Source: Patescibacteria group bacterium
Lineage (GTDB): Bacteria; Patescibacteriota; Patescibacteriia; JAQUQO01
DNA: 64,000 nt
Reading direction: 5' to 3'
NCBI GenBank assembly: GCA_028716045.1
Contig: JAQUQO010000001.1
Location: forward strand, 798,343 to 862,342
The translations under genes and the position numbers were made by a program. Each line of letters opens with the position of its first letter. Within the stretch, counting starts at the first letter, position 1. This document shows, in pieces, positions 17,823-31,064 of this stretch. Under the pieces are notes generated by a model. It was not told where the DNA came from. It saw only the letters and a list, made by a program, of their open reading frames with translations, and did not search any database.

Positions 17823-20528
17823 ATGGCTAAGAAAAAACAGTTTATTATTATTGATGGCTATGCCCTGCTTCATCGGGCGTGGCATGCCATTCCTCCGCTG
17901 ACCACCAAATCCGGGGAGCTGGTTAACGCGGTCTATGGTTTCACTTCAATTCTATTGACAGTGCTCAAAGAATTTAAACCCGAATATGTGGCCGTGGCGC
18001 TGGACCGTAAAGAGCCAACCTTCCGCCATCAAGAATATAAAGAATATAAGGCAACTCGCGAGAAACAGCCAGAAGAGCTTTACGTGCAACTGAACAGAGT
18101 GCGCGAAATTGTCGGGGCATTTGGCATACCGATTTACGAAAAATCCGGGTTTGAAGCCGATGATGTTATTGGCACTATTTGCGCCAAAAAATCAGTGGAC
18201 ACCAAAGAAATTGAATCCGTAATTGTCACCGGTGATATGGACACATTGCAGTTAGTTGATGACAATACCGTGGTTTATACTTTGCGCAAAGGCATTAAAG
18301 ACACGGTTCTTTACGATGAACGCGGGGTGCGCGAAAGATTTGACGGGCTAAATCCCGACCAACTTATTGATTATAAGGCTTTGCGTGGCGACGCTTCTGA
18401 TAATATCTCCGGCGTGCCGGGCATTGGAGAAAAAACAGCGCTGAATTTAGTTAAAGAATTCGGCAATCTGGAAAATCTTTACAAAAATTTAGACAGCGAA
18501 AAGATTAGCGATAAAGTCAGGGGCCTACTGAAAGAAAATAAAGATAAAGCTTTTTTAAGTAAACATCTGGTGACTATTGTCCGTGATGTCCCCCTGGAAC
18601 TTAATCTGGACGCCACGAAATTTGGAGAATTTGACAGAGAAAAAATTAGCAAGATTTTTCAGGAATTACAATTTTCCTCTCTCTTAAAGAGAATACCAGG
18701 ATTGGGAGCAGATGAGAGTGTGGCAGCCAGTAAAAAAAAACTTCAAACCCGGGCCAGTTGGGACTATTCCCTGATTAACGACTCCAAAAGTTTCAAAAAA
18801 TTTTTAGCGGAACTAAAAAAACAGAAGATATTTTGCGTAGATACCGAGACCACCAGCTTGGATTTTCTTCAGGCGCGGTTGCTCGGTATTTCTTTTTGTT
18901 GGAAAGCCAGCCAGGCTTTTTATGTAGTGACCAAACCGGAATTTATTAAAGAGTTAAAGCCCCTTTTGGAAGATGAAAAAGTTAAAAAAGTCGGTCATCA
19001 CCTTAAATACGATTTGGAGATACTGAAAGAAGCGGGAATTAATTTGCGGGGGATGGGTTTTGACACCATGCTTGCTTCTTATCTTTTAAACCCGGGTTCG
19101 CGAGCGCATAAATTGGACACCATTGTTTTTAACGAGCTTGGTCATCGCATGATTTCTTTTGAAGATTTGGTGGGGACCGGCAAAAATAAGGTGATGATTA
19201 CCGATGTTCCAGTGGAAAAATTGGCCGAGTATTCCTGCGAGGATGCGGATTACACTTGGCAACTTAAAAAAAATCTGGAAGCCGGGCTAGTCAAAGAGAA
19301 ACTCGCCGAACTTTTGGAAAAACTGGAAATGCCGCTAATTGAGGTTTTGGCGACTATGGAAAAGTCAGGAGTCAAGATAGATTCACAGTTTTTAAAGAAG
19401 ATGTCCAAAAAAATGAGCGCTCGCCTTGAGGATTTAGCTAAAGAAATTTATAAAATCGCCGGAGTGGCCTTTAATATCAATTCCCCGCTGCAACTTAAAG
19501 AAATTTTATTTGATAAATTGAAGATTTCCACTCAAGGACTAAAAAAAATCAAGACCGGGATTTCTACCGCCGCTCCTGAATTGGAAAAAATGCGCGGCCG
19601 GCATAAAATCATTGATTTAATCTCTGAACATCGTGAGCTGGCCAAATTAAAATCAACTTATCTTGACGCCCTGCCCAAACTAGTCAGCGAAGTTGACGGG
19701 CGGGTGCACACGAGTTTTAACCAAACCATTACTGCCACTGGCCGGCTTTCCTCTTCTGACCCCAATTTGCAGAATATCCCCATTCGCACCGAACTGGGAC
19801 GAGAAATCCGCAAGGCCTTTATTGCCGAAAAGGGCTTTAAGATTTTGTCTGCCGATTATTCACAAATCGAACTGCGGGTTTTAGCTCACATTGCCGATGA
19901 TAAAAATATGATTAAAGCCTTCCGCGAAGGGCAGGACATCCATACGACCACGGCCGCCAAAATTAATAACGTGGCACCAAGCGAGGTAACCGGAGAACAG
20001 CGGCGGGCGGCTAAAGCCGTAAATTTTGGCATTGCTTATGGGATGGGCGCTAATCGCTTGGCGCAAAGCACTGGTATGTCGCGCGAAGAAGCGCAGGAAT
20101 TCATCGGGCGGTATTTTGGTTTGTACCCCAATATAAAAAAATACATAGAAGGTACAAAAAATTTCGCTCTGCGCCATGGTTATGTACAGACACTTTTCGG
20201 CCGCAAGAGATATCTGCCGGATATTACTTCCGGACTGCCCCAGCTGCGGTCCGCGGCGGAGCGCATGGCTATTAATATGCCTATTCAGGGTACGGCGGCG
20301 GATTTGATTAAAATGGCGATGATTGTTATTTATAAAGAATTGCCGGCAATCAGTAAAACGGCGAGGATGCTTTTGCAAGTGCATGATGAGCTGGTTTTTG
20401 AAGTGCCGGAGCAAGAGGCGAAAAAAGTCGGGGAATTTATAAAAGAAAAGATGGAGAACATTTTTAAATTAAAAGTCCCCCTGATTGTTGATGTGACGCT
20501 TGGCGATAATTGGGGAGCCAAGGGATAA
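17823..20528 (+). CDS. polA: DNA polymerase I
   Basis: 5'-3' exonuclease (IIDG, EADD), 3'-5' exonuclease DTETT, polymerase ADYSQIELR, KAVNFG and VHDEL. Confidence 0.98.
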   Translation: MAKKKQFIIIDGYALLHRAWHAIPPLTTKSGELVNAVYGFTSILLTVLKEFKPEYVAVALDRKEPTFRHQEYKEYKATREKQPEELYVQLNRVREIVGAFGIPIYEKSGFEADDVIGTICAKKSVDTKEIESVIVTGDMDTLQLVDDNTVVYTLRKGIKDTVLYDERGVRERFDGLNPDQLIDYKALRGDASDNISGVPGIGEKTALNLVKEFGNLENLYKNLDSEKISDKVRGLLKENKDKAFLSKHLVTIVRDVPLELNLDATKFGEFDREKISKIFQELQFSSLLKRIPGLGADESVAASKKKLQTRASWDYSLINDSKSFKKFLAELKKQKIFCVDTETTSLDFLQARLLGISFCWKASQAFYVVTKPEFIKELKPLLEDEKVKKVGHHLKYDLEILKEAGINLRGMGFDTMLASYLLNPGSRAHKLDTIVFNELGHRMISFEDLVGTGKNKVMITDVPVEKLAEYSCEDADYTWQLKKNLEAGLVKEKLAELLEKLEMPLIEVLATMEKSGVKIDSQFLKKMSKKMSARLEDLAKEIYKIAGVAFNINSPLQLKEILFDKLKISTQGLKKIKTGISTAAPELEKMRGRHKIIDLISEHRELAKLKSTYLDALPKLVSEVDGRVHTSFNQTITATGRLSSSDPNLQNIPIRTELGREIRKAFIAEKGFKILSADYSQIELRVLAHIADDKNMIKAFREGQDIHTTTAAKINNVAPSEVTGEQRRAAKAVNFGIAYGMGANRLAQSTGMSREEAQEFIGRYFGLYPNIKKYIEGTKNFALRHGYVQTLFGRKRYLPDITSGLPQLRSAAERMAINMPIQGTAADLIKMAMIVIYKELPAISKTARMLLQVHDELVFEVPEQEAKKVGEFIKEKMENIFKLKVPLIVDVTLGDNWGAKG

Positions 20529-20584
20529 AAGTGTTGTAAAAATACTTTTGCCAACAACTAGGGCGTGTGTTAATATGGGTTCGT

Positions 20585-21514
20585 ATGATTATCTATCTTT
20601 GTGGCGAGGATACTTTTCGCTCAAGACAAAAACAGCAGGAATTAAAAGAAAAATTTATCCGCGAACGGGATAAATCCGGATTGAATGTCGCAGAAATAGA
20701 CGGGGCTAAAATTAGTTTTGGAGAGTTAGAGCAGCAGATACTAACCGCTCCTTTTTTGTCAGAAAAGCGTTTTGTGGCTATCAGCAACCTTTCGGAGAAT
20801 AAAGCCACAGCCGAGGAGATGGTTGAATTTTTAGAAAAACATCAAAAGAGGGACGATGTTATTATGGCGTTTTGGGAAGAAGGGTCTCCCAAAAACAAGC
20901 TGACTAAATTTTTATCCGAACAAAAATATTTTCAGGAATTTGTTCCGCTTGATGATTCGGCTCTCGGTCACTGGATTTCCGAAGAGGTGAAAAAACGCGG
21001 GGGGAGAATCAACTCTTTGGCGGTGCGGACTTTAGTTGAGTATGTCGGCAACAACCTTTGGCAGTTAAGTAATGAATTGGATAAACTTTTGGCTTATAAA
21101 AATAAGCAAGAAATTTTAAAGGAAGACGTGGAAGAGCTGGTTCGCACCAAATTTGATGACAACATTTTCGGTTTAGTGGATGCTTTGGGAAATAAAAATA
21201 AGAAAGAGGCGCTCCGTCTTTTGAAAAATCAGCTATCCTTTGGCTCGTCCGCCAGCTACATAATTTCCATGCTTAATCGCCAGTACAGAATTCTTTTGGA
21301 AGTTCAGGAAGCGCTTGGAGAAACCTCCAATTCTTTGGCCCGTCGCTTGAAGATTCATCCTTTTGTGGCTAAAAAAGCGTTGGTGCAGGCCCGGCGTTAT
21401 AATTTTGAAGAATTAAAAAACATTTATCGGCAATTATTAGAAATAGACAAAAAAACAAAAACTACTTCCTGGGAGCCGGAATTGCTGGTTGACCTTTTGA
21501 TGGCCAAGGTTTAA
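20585..21514 (+). CDS. holA: DNA polymerase III delta subunit
   Basis: MIIYLCGED, PFLSEKR, NELDKL, NIFGLVD and HPFVAKK motifs. Confidence 0.9.
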   Translation: MIIYLCGEDTFRSRQKQQELKEKFIRERDKSGLNVAEIDGAKISFGELEQQILTAPFLSEKRFVAISNLSENKATAEEMVEFLEKHQKRDDVIMAFWEEGSPKNKLTKFLSEQKYFQEFVPLDDSALGHWISEEVKKRGGRINSLAVRTLVEYVGNNLWQLSNELDKLLAYKNKQEILKEDVEELVRTKFDDNIFGLVDALGNKNKKEALRLLKNQLSFGSSASYIISMLNRQYRILLEVQEALGETSNSLARRLKIHPFVAKKALVQARRYNFEELKNIYRQLLEIDKKTKTTSWEPELLVDLLMAKV

Positions 21515-21661
21515 ATGGCTAAGAATCGATAAAGGGTTTGACTCCAGGGGTCGTTGAAGTGAGGCGCGAGCGAGGAGTATGGGGGCACTTGACAGTTTTT
21601 CCGAATTAGTTTAAATATAACCTTAATGGAAGCACTTTGAAATTTAGAAAGGAATACGACG

Positions 21662-22318
21662 ATGGAGGGAAAAACGTGTGAAGAAAGATTTAGTATGTAT
21701 ATTCTTCAGGGGGAAGGGGCCTTTACGGTAACTTTTGTGTGTTATAAATTAGGAGCCAAGGATTTTGAAAAAAGTTTGTACTGTCACGGATTTTTTGAAG
21801 CATTGGGGTGGGCGATTGGAGCGCAAAAAGCACTGTATAATCACCACAATATAAAAGTGCCGATAGCTATCAATGTTGCTCCGCAAAGTTTTACCCCAGC
21901 CGAGAGGCAATTTAAACTGGGGATGGAAGAATCCGGGAAATTTTGCCCCGCAGAACCGTGGGGGATTAAAATTTTTAAAGAAAGAAATGAAAAAGAATGG
22001 ACTCTCAAACTTTATCATATTATAGATGAGCGGGAAAAAGATTTTTATGAGAAAAAGTTTTCTTTATTTGAAGAAGCGGTATATTATGCTGCCGGATTTC
22101 AAAATGGAGAAGGTTTAACCCTAAGCAGTTTTATCGGCGTAACCTTTTTTTACACCAAGACAATGGTCGCGGGTCGTCCTGAGTTTGCCGAAAAATTTAG
22201 CAAAGGAATTTTTTGGGGCGAAGGCGGTGATGGGGATGTCTATCACTTCATTGAAGATGACGGACTCAGTCTCGCCCCCAAAAAAAGTAAAAATCAAAAG
22301 AACCCCTTTCTAAATTAA
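21662..22318 (+). CDS. Hypothetical protein
   Basis: 218 aa ORF with its own TTGACA promoter, AAAGGA SD and terminal hairpin. Confidence 0.65.
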   Translation: MEGKTCEERFSMYILQGEGAFTVTFVCYKLGAKDFEKSLYCHGFFEALGWAIGAQKALYNHHNIKVPIAINVAPQSFTPAERQFKLGMEESGKFCPAEPWGIKIFKERNEKEWTLKLYHIIDEREKDFYEKKFSLFEEAVYYAAGFQNGEGLTLSSFIGVTFFYTKTMVAGRPEFAEKFSKGIFWGEGGDGDVYHFIEDDGLSLAPKKSKNQKNPFLN

Positions 22319-22382
22319 GAAAGGGGTTTTATATTTGATTTTTTTGGCGGAAAAAGTTATTATGCTTTTGATATCTAAACGC

Positions 22383-22466
22383 GCCTTGGTGGTGAAACTG
22401 GCAGACACGCCAGGCCTAGGACCTGGTGGGGGAAACCCCTTGAGAGTTCGACTCTCTCCCAAGGCA
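22383..22466 (+). tRNA. tRNA-Leu(TAG)
   Basis: GCCTTGG/CCAAGGC acceptor, CCAGG-CCTAGGA-CCTGG anticodon arm, long variable arm, GTTCGAC T-loop. Confidence 0.92.
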
Positions 22467-22508
22467 CAGTTTCGTTTGCACTTTACACAATTTTATAAGG
22501 AGATAAAA

Positions 22509-23339
22509 ATGGAAAACGAAAAAGGGGAAGAGATTGCCGTGGGTAAAACCAAAATCATTTGGTCAAATTCAGGCAATGTTAATCAGGTGTTGATTGAAAG
22601 TAAGCCAGACATCACCGCCGAAGACGGGGTGAAAAAAGATATTTTAGAGGGCAAAGATATCTTGGCAACGACCACAACCTGCAATGTTTTTACTCTGCTT
22701 AATTCCTCGGGAATTAAAACGCATTTTCTGAAACAGGTGGACGAAAAAACTTTTCTGGCCCGCCGCGTCAGGATGATACCAATAAAAATCGTCCAGCGCC
22801 GTTTGGCCACTGGCTCTTATTTAGAACGCAATCTAGATGTAGCAGAGGGGTTTGTGTTCGAAGAGCTGATTAGCGAACTTTTTTTGAAGGATGATGCCCA
22901 ACACGACCCGTTGATGGTTTGGAATAACGAAGAAAAAGGTTTTGATATTTATGACCCCCAAAAACCATTGTCCGCGGGTAAAAAGAAACATCTCTCCGCC
23001 CGCACGGCGCTTAATTTGCCCTTCAGCCGTGAACAGGTTCTGGAACTGGAGGAGATTGGGAAAAAAGTTTTTCTCGTTTTAGAAAAGGCCTGGGCTAAGG
23101 AAGGTGTCACATTGGTTGACTTCAAAATTGAATGCGGCTTTGATTATGAAACCGGAGAACTGCTGGTCGCGGATGTAATTGACAATGATTCGTGGCGCCT
23201 GTGGCCCGACGGTGATAAGTCCCAAAAAAAAGACAAAGATGTTTATCGCCAGGCCGAAGTTGTTGATGAAGCCAAAAAGGACGAGCTTAAGAAAAATTAC
23301 AAAGAGGTCGCCCTCGCGACCGGAAAATTTGTACTTTAA
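22509..23339 (+). CDS. purC: SAICAR synthetase
   Basis: GKTK, RRLATGS, KDDAQHDP, LVDFKIECG, ADVIDNDSWRLW and KDVYR motifs; true start at ATG 22509 after AAGGAG. Confidence 0.9.
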   Translation: MENEKGEEIAVGKTKIIWSNSGNVNQVLIESKPDITAEDGVKKDILEGKDILATTTTCNVFTLLNSSGIKTHFLKQVDEKTFLARRVRMIPIKIVQRRLATGSYLERNLDVAEGFVFEELISELFLKDDAQHDPLMVWNNEEKGFDIYDPQKPLSAGKKKHLSARTALNLPFSREQVLELEEIGKKVFLVLEKAWAKEGVTLVDFKIECGFDYETGELLVADVIDNDSWRLWPDGDKSQKKDKDVYRQAEVVDEAKKDELKKNYKEVALATGKFVL

Positions 23340-23460
23340 ACGGAGCAAAATTTTTTAAAGGAGAGGCCTTGCCCCTCCTTTTTTATTTGACTAAAAATCC
23401 TTTTTGTATTAAAAAGAAGAGATAGTCAAAAGTTCATTTACAATAAAAGGAGGGTAATTA

Positions 23461-24669
23461 ATGAAAAGTTTACTAACTACCAATAGACCCCATCTTTATA
23501 CCACTTTTAAAAAGGGTGTTATAGATGGGTCTTTAAGCCGTTCGGAGTTTGACGCAAAATATCCAGATTCTTGGGATTCCTTGATGATGTTATGGAATTT
23601 GTATCAAGCGGTGGCGGAAGTTTCTGACGGCGAAGGGGAAATGGAGATTGTTGATTGGCTGGTCAGTACTTTTGGCTGCAAAATACCCGAAGATTCGGTT
23701 TATCGGGAATTTACCGAAGCCATCAAGGCTGCCAAGGGGTTTCGCGCTGGATTAATCAGAGAGTTTGTTTCGGCTATTTATCGTTTTAGGTTTACTTCTG
23801 ATGGTGTTGCCAAACCCACTGATGACCCGCTCAAACTTTTGAAGATTATGTGGGAGCCGGAGGGCGATGAGCGTTATAGTGAAGTCCGGAGTTTTGACGC
23901 CGGACTATTCTGGCATCTGGGCATGCGGTATTTACTGATGAGAGTGATGAATGATAATCGGGTTGGGGAGCAGTTGCGGGAAACTACTCTCACGCTTGAA
24001 GAACGTTTATTTGACGGCAAAGCCGAAAGAAAAATGGCGGCTGACAGTTTACTGGTTCGCTGTGACCCCAAAAATAATTATCGATTTGACCTCAAGGGTT
24101 CACGGCGCGTGATTATTCCCCTGGAATTTCGTTACATTAAAGCCGGTAAAAAAGTTTACAAAGTACTTTATGAAAATCGTGTTAAAACCGAAAATGATGT
24201 TTTCAGGAAATCATTGACCAACAACGCCGCCGATAATCCGCGGGCCAGAGATAGCTGCGCCATTTCTCTGATTTTCTTTTCCGAAGAAGATTTGCGGGCA
24301 GTTTGGGAAGAGCGTCTTTGTAAGGATATTTTTTCCAATCCCGATGCCGTCAGCAATGTTGTTATTAGAGGAAAAAGAAAACCAGAGGAAAAGAATCATC
24401 ATACTTCTCGGGAATTTTTTCCGGAAATGAAGTTTATTTCTTTTTTTTGCGGCGGTATTTTAGAGGTCCAGCTTCATCTTTTCCCCAAATATTTCAATCA
24501 TAAATATTCCATGGGAGAAGAGAACCACCACCTCTATCGTTTGCGTCAAATCCAGTCATTACTTCGGGCGGCTTTCCCCAGCGAGTTTTATATTGATTGG
24601 GATGATAAAAAAATTCAGAACAGCTTGATCGCTAAACAAAAGGGAGCGATTAGCGCCAACTTTATTTAA
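23461..24669 (+). CDS. Hypothetical protein with a divergent RelA/SpoT-synthetase-like nucleotidyltransferase C-terminal half
   Basis: RVKTENDVFRK..RDSCAISLIF..LEVQLH..GEENHHLYRLRQ pattern; strong SD, promoter and terminator. Confidence 0.5.
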   Translation: MKSLLTTNRPHLYTTFKKGVIDGSLSRSEFDAKYPDSWDSLMMLWNLYQAVAEVSDGEGEMEIVDWLVSTFGCKIPEDSVYREFTEAIKAAKGFRAGLIREFVSAIYRFRFTSDGVAKPTDDPLKLLKIMWEPEGDERYSEVRSFDAGLFWHLGMRYLLMRVMNDNRVGEQLRETTLTLEERLFDGKAERKMAADSLLVRCDPKNNYRFDLKGSRRVIIPLEFRYIKAGKKVYKVLYENRVKTENDVFRKSLTNNAADNPRARDSCAISLIFFSEEDLRAVWEERLCKDIFSNPDAVSNVVIRGKRKPEEKNHHTSREFFPEMKFISFFCGGILEVQLHLFPKYFNHKYSMGEENHHLYRLRQIQSLLRAAFPSEFYIDWDDKKIQNSLIAKQKGAISANFI

Positions 24670-24682
24670 AGAGCTTAAAAGT

Positions 24683-24713
24683 AAACCGTCCCAAGTACTC
24701 GGGACGGTTTTTT
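24683..24713 (+). terminator. Intrinsic terminator
   Basis: AAACCGTCCCAAGTACTCGGGACGGTTTTTT. Confidence 0.75.
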
Positions 24714-24730
24714 ATTAACCGTGTATCTTC

Positions 24731-24759
24731 TTGACATAATTTTTAGGATTATATATAAT
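24731..24759 (+). promoter_or_regulatory. Consensus sigma70 promoter upstream of the 23S gene
   Basis: TTGACA-N17-TATAAT. Confidence 0.8.
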
Positions 24760-25080
24760 AAGGATACTGTAAAAAAGAGGGGTTAATTAAGAAGTTTTAA
24801 GCTAATATTAGATAAAAACTGTGAGAGTTTTCGCTAACAATTTATCCACAATTATTTCGGGCGGTTAAAACGCATTATTTGCGAGTTTTTGCGGCCGTCC
24901 GAGAAGGACGGTTTTTTGTATCTTAAAATCTTAGTAATTAAAGAGCGAAACCAAAAAGTTGGTGGCGTTATTTAGCTACTAAGGTAGCGGGACTTTGAAA
25001 ATTCAGGGTAATAAAGCAACGAGCATCTTAAACTTAAGTTTAATTTTATTTGTAAGCCAAATTGTTTATAGAGTGTTTAT

Positions 25081-28187
<3,107 letters not shown>

Positions 28188-28262
28188 ATAAACATTGTGT
28201 AAACAATAACTCGTTGCTTTTATTTTAGAGATATCTTCTTGATATAAAAAAGAGGGTATCAG

Positions 28263-28378
28263 TATCTTGGTGGCTTTGGCGGGAGGGAAACACCTGTTCC
28301 CATCTCGAACACAGCAGTTAAGCCTCCCAGCACCGATGGTAGTCTTTTGTAGGCGAGAGTAGGCCGCCGCCAAGATTT
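28263..28378 (+). rRNA. rrf: 5S rRNA
   Basis: TCTTGGTGGC..CACCTGTTCCCATCTCGAACACAG..GTTAAG..GAGAGTAGG..GCCAAGA. Confidence 0.95.
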
Positions 28379-28465
28379 TGATACTCTCTTTTTGTTTTTT
28401 AAAATCGCCCCTTTACAAGCAGGCGATTTTATATTATTTTATATAAATAAAAGCGGATTAATTTT

Positions 28466-29200
28466 ATGACTCAAGTCGTTATTTTGGCCGCCGGACACGG
28501 CACCAGAATGAAATCAAAATTACCCAAGGTCTTGCAGGAAGTTAAGGGCGTGCCGATTATTCAGCGTCTGGTGGGTTCGGTTATCAATTCCGGAGTGAGC
28601 CAAAAGCCGGTGGTGGTGGTGAGCCATGATGGAGGCGCTATTAAAGATTATTTGGGCGACCTGTGTGATTACGCGGTGCAGGAAGAACAATTGGGAACCG
28701 GCCATGCCGTGGCTTGCGCGCGGGAGAATTTGTCCGACGCCGATAACGTTTTGGTTTTATACGGCGACCATCCTTTTTTAAAACCGGAGACAATCAAAAA
28801 ATTGAGCGAGCTGCACATCTCCTCACCCAGCCCGCTTACCATGATGACTATTAAACTTGATGATTTTAACGATTGGAAAAAAGTTTTTTACGATTTTGGC
28901 AGAATTTTAAGAAATGAAGCCGGACAAATTATCGGCATCAGGGAGAAAAAAGACGCCAATGAAGCGGAGCTTCAGATTAAAGAAGTGAATCCCGCGCTAT
29001 TTTGTTTCAATGGCGCGTGGCTGTGGGATAATATCTTAAAAATAAACAGAAACAATAATCAGGGGGAGTATTATTTGACCGACCTGGTGGCTTTGGCTAT
29101 GTCTGATGGACACAGTATTGATTCTCTGGAGGTTGACCCGCGGGAAAGTTTGGGATTGAATACGCCGGAACATCTGCAAATCGCGGAAGAATTATTTTAA
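28466..29200 (+). CDS. GlmU-like N-terminal (uridylyltransferase) domain protein without the acetyltransferase domain
   Basis: ILAAGHGTRMKS.LPKVL, QLGTGHAV, YGD, EVN and GEYYLTD motifs; 244 aa, no hexapeptide repeats. Confidence 0.88.
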   Translation: MTQVVILAAGHGTRMKSKLPKVLQEVKGVPIIQRLVGSVINSGVSQKPVVVVSHDGGAIKDYLGDLCDYAVQEEQLGTGHAVACARENLSDADNVLVLYGDHPFLKPETIKKLSELHISSPSPLTMMTIKLDDFNDWKKVFYDFGRILRNEAGQIIGIREKKDANEAELQIKEVNPALFCFNGAWLWDNILKINRNNNQGEYYLTDLVALAMSDGHSIDSLEVDPRESLGLNTPEHLQIAEELF

Positions 29201-29352
29201 TCTAAACAATTTTTTAATAAACATAAAAGCCGCCGGCATTCTTCAAATAGGATTTTCGGTTTAACATTGACTATTTTTGATATTAATGATAATTTTTTGT
29301 AATAAAAAAGGACGAGGAGATGTAATTTAATAACTAGGAAAGGAGAAAAAAC

Positions 29353-29802
29353 GTGGATAAGCTTATCATTGTAAGACATGGCGATTACGATAGCGGAGCT
29401 CATCTCAGTAATCTCGGTTGTGAACAGATGAAAGCACTCGCCGAGAAATTAAAAACCGTAGTAAATGGGTCGTCGGTTTGTATTCTCACTTCGCCAATCG
29501 GTCGTGCCCTTGAGAGCGCAGAGATTCTCAATTCTGTTTTTAATGTCGGTTGCGAACAACATAAGGTTCTTTGGTCCGAGAGTCGCCATCCAGAGGATTT
29601 TCCCGTGGCTCTTGACCTCGTTCGGTCTCACAAAGATAGGGCCGAGGTGCTTATTCTTGTTACTCATTATGAGTACGCTGAGGGTTTCCCTAGGTATTTC
29701 GCCAAGGAAGAGCTTGATGTTCAGTTGCGTTCGGAATCAATCCAAAAGGGAGAAGCACTGGTTATTGACTGTCAGCAAAAGACCTGGTCCCATATCTCCT
29801 GA
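29353..29802 (+). CDS. Histidine phosphatase (SixA-like)
   Basis: IVRHG, TSP..RA.ESA and LVTH motifs; GTG start with AAGGAG SD. Confidence 0.8.
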   Translation: MDKLIIVRHGDYDSGAHLSNLGCEQMKALAEKLKTVVNGSSVCILTSPIGRALESAEILNSVFNVGCEQHKVLWSESRHPEDFPVALDLVRSHKDRAEVLILVTHYEYAEGFPRYFAKEELDVQLRSESIQKGEALVIDCQQKTWSHIS

Positions 29803-29864
29803 AACTTTCGCAGCATCTATAAGCCTCGCTAGTCACAAATGTGATATAGTGAGGCTTTTTCTTT

Positions 29865-30422
29865 TTATTTCAACAATAACATCGCCGCCTCATATTTAGG
29901 CCTGATAATTTCTTTGGACTTATCAAAATGTAATTGTTTCCATTTATTTTCCAATTTTTTTCTGGCAGCTATTTTTGCCTCACCTTGGTCCAGATTTTCA
30001 TAAACAAAGGCCGCTTTGAAAATTCCGGCGATATTATCAAAATTATTCATAACATCGGCTTCGGCCAGAATTTGTTCTTCAATACTTTCACGGGAATTTT
30101 GCTGGGAACCCCGATGATTAAGAATGCACTTTTTAACCAACTCAATTTTTTCAGCAGGATACCCGAGTTCTTTTAATTTTTCTTCCGCAATTTTAGCGCC
30201 GGTCAGGTGATGGTTTTCACGGCCATAAATTATGGAACCTATATCATGCAACCACGCGGCAATCAACATAACCTCTTTATCACCCCCTAATTCATCTGCT
30301 AATTTTTCTACATAGTTGATAACTGGTATAAAATGAAAAATAAAGGGCTCGTAGCCATATTTACTGCTTGGTTTTTTACACTCATTCTCAACAAAATTTT
30401 TAATTTCCTGGACAATATCCAT
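29865..30422 (-). CDS. HD-domain protein (distal gene of the array)
   Basis: H..WLHDIG..HHLTGA..ILNH..AEAD motifs. Confidence 0.85.
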   Translation of the reverse strand: MDIVQEIKNFVENECKKPSSKYGYEPFIFHFIPVINYVEKLADELGGDKEVMLIAAWLHDIGSIIYGRENHHLTGAKIAEEKLKELGYPAEKIELVKKCILNHRGSQQNSRESIEEQILAEADVMNNFDNIAGIFKAAFVYENLDQGEAKIAARKKLENKWKQLHFDKSKEIIRPKYEAAMLLLK

Positions 30423-30469
30423 AAACAAAGCTAAATTTATTCTTTAGCGGGTAGACAAATCTGTGTTCT

Positions 30470-30958
30470 TTAAACCTGGGCAAAAATAATCATATAATTG
30501 TTGCCATATTTTTTGGCGCATTTCGGGCAATAAGCGTAATGAACATAATAATCTTTAGCTTTCTCTCCTTTGGTGGCCAAGTATTCATCAAGTTGTTTTA
30601 CAAATTTCGGCACCGCGTTATATGGGCCAGCGAAAACTTTGCCGATAAATGTGCCCGAGATATTGGCATTATTCGCGTTCGGCACCGGGCCGGTTACCGA
30701 TAAATAGATTTCCGATTTAAAGGCGCTGGGGTCGCGAAATAATAGCAAAGCATCTTCATGGTTAGTTTCTGCCCTTTTTGAATCTTCAACCATTTTGCAC
30801 ATTTTGGTAACTTTTTTGTTAATCATCGGAGGGAAAGGCATATGAAATAAGGTGGGGATAGTTTCTTTTATAAATGGTTTATTATCCCAATTATATGTTT
30901 TTTGGTCCCATTTTTCGGGATTAAATTTGGGGCAACATTCTTGGTTTTCGTTGGTCAT
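30470..30958 (-). CDS. Conserved hypothetical protein, possibly GyrI-like fold (array gene)
   Basis: ECCPKF N-terminus, FAGPY and YAYCPKCAKKYG. Confidence 0.6.
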   Translation of the reverse strand: MTNENQECCPKFNPEKWDQKTYNWDNKPFIKETIPTLFHMPFPPMINKKVTKMCKMVEDSKRAETNHEDALLLFRDPSAFKSEIYLSVTGPVPNANNANISGTFIGKVFAGPYNAVPKFVKQLDEYLATKGEKAKDYYVHYAYCPKCAKKYGNNYMIIFAQV

Positions 30959-30997
30959 ATTTTAGTTATTTTTAAGATTTTGGATTAACACGATTTT

Positions 30998-31064
30998 GTT
31001 TAACGTTTGCGTGTATGTGATGTCGTAGAGTACTCAGGATAGAACCACATATGGGATGTTAGGT
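30998..31064 (-). repeat. attC-like recombination site
   Basis: Minus strand ACCTAAC-ATCC-CATATGTGGTT...ACATCACATACA-CGCAAAC-GTTAAAC; the TAA of TAAC is the stop codon of 31059..31826. Confidence 0.75.

Noticed and set aside
22335-22508. N-terminal extension of PurC
   Set aside because: It overlaps tRNA-Leu; the SD-supported ATG is at 22509
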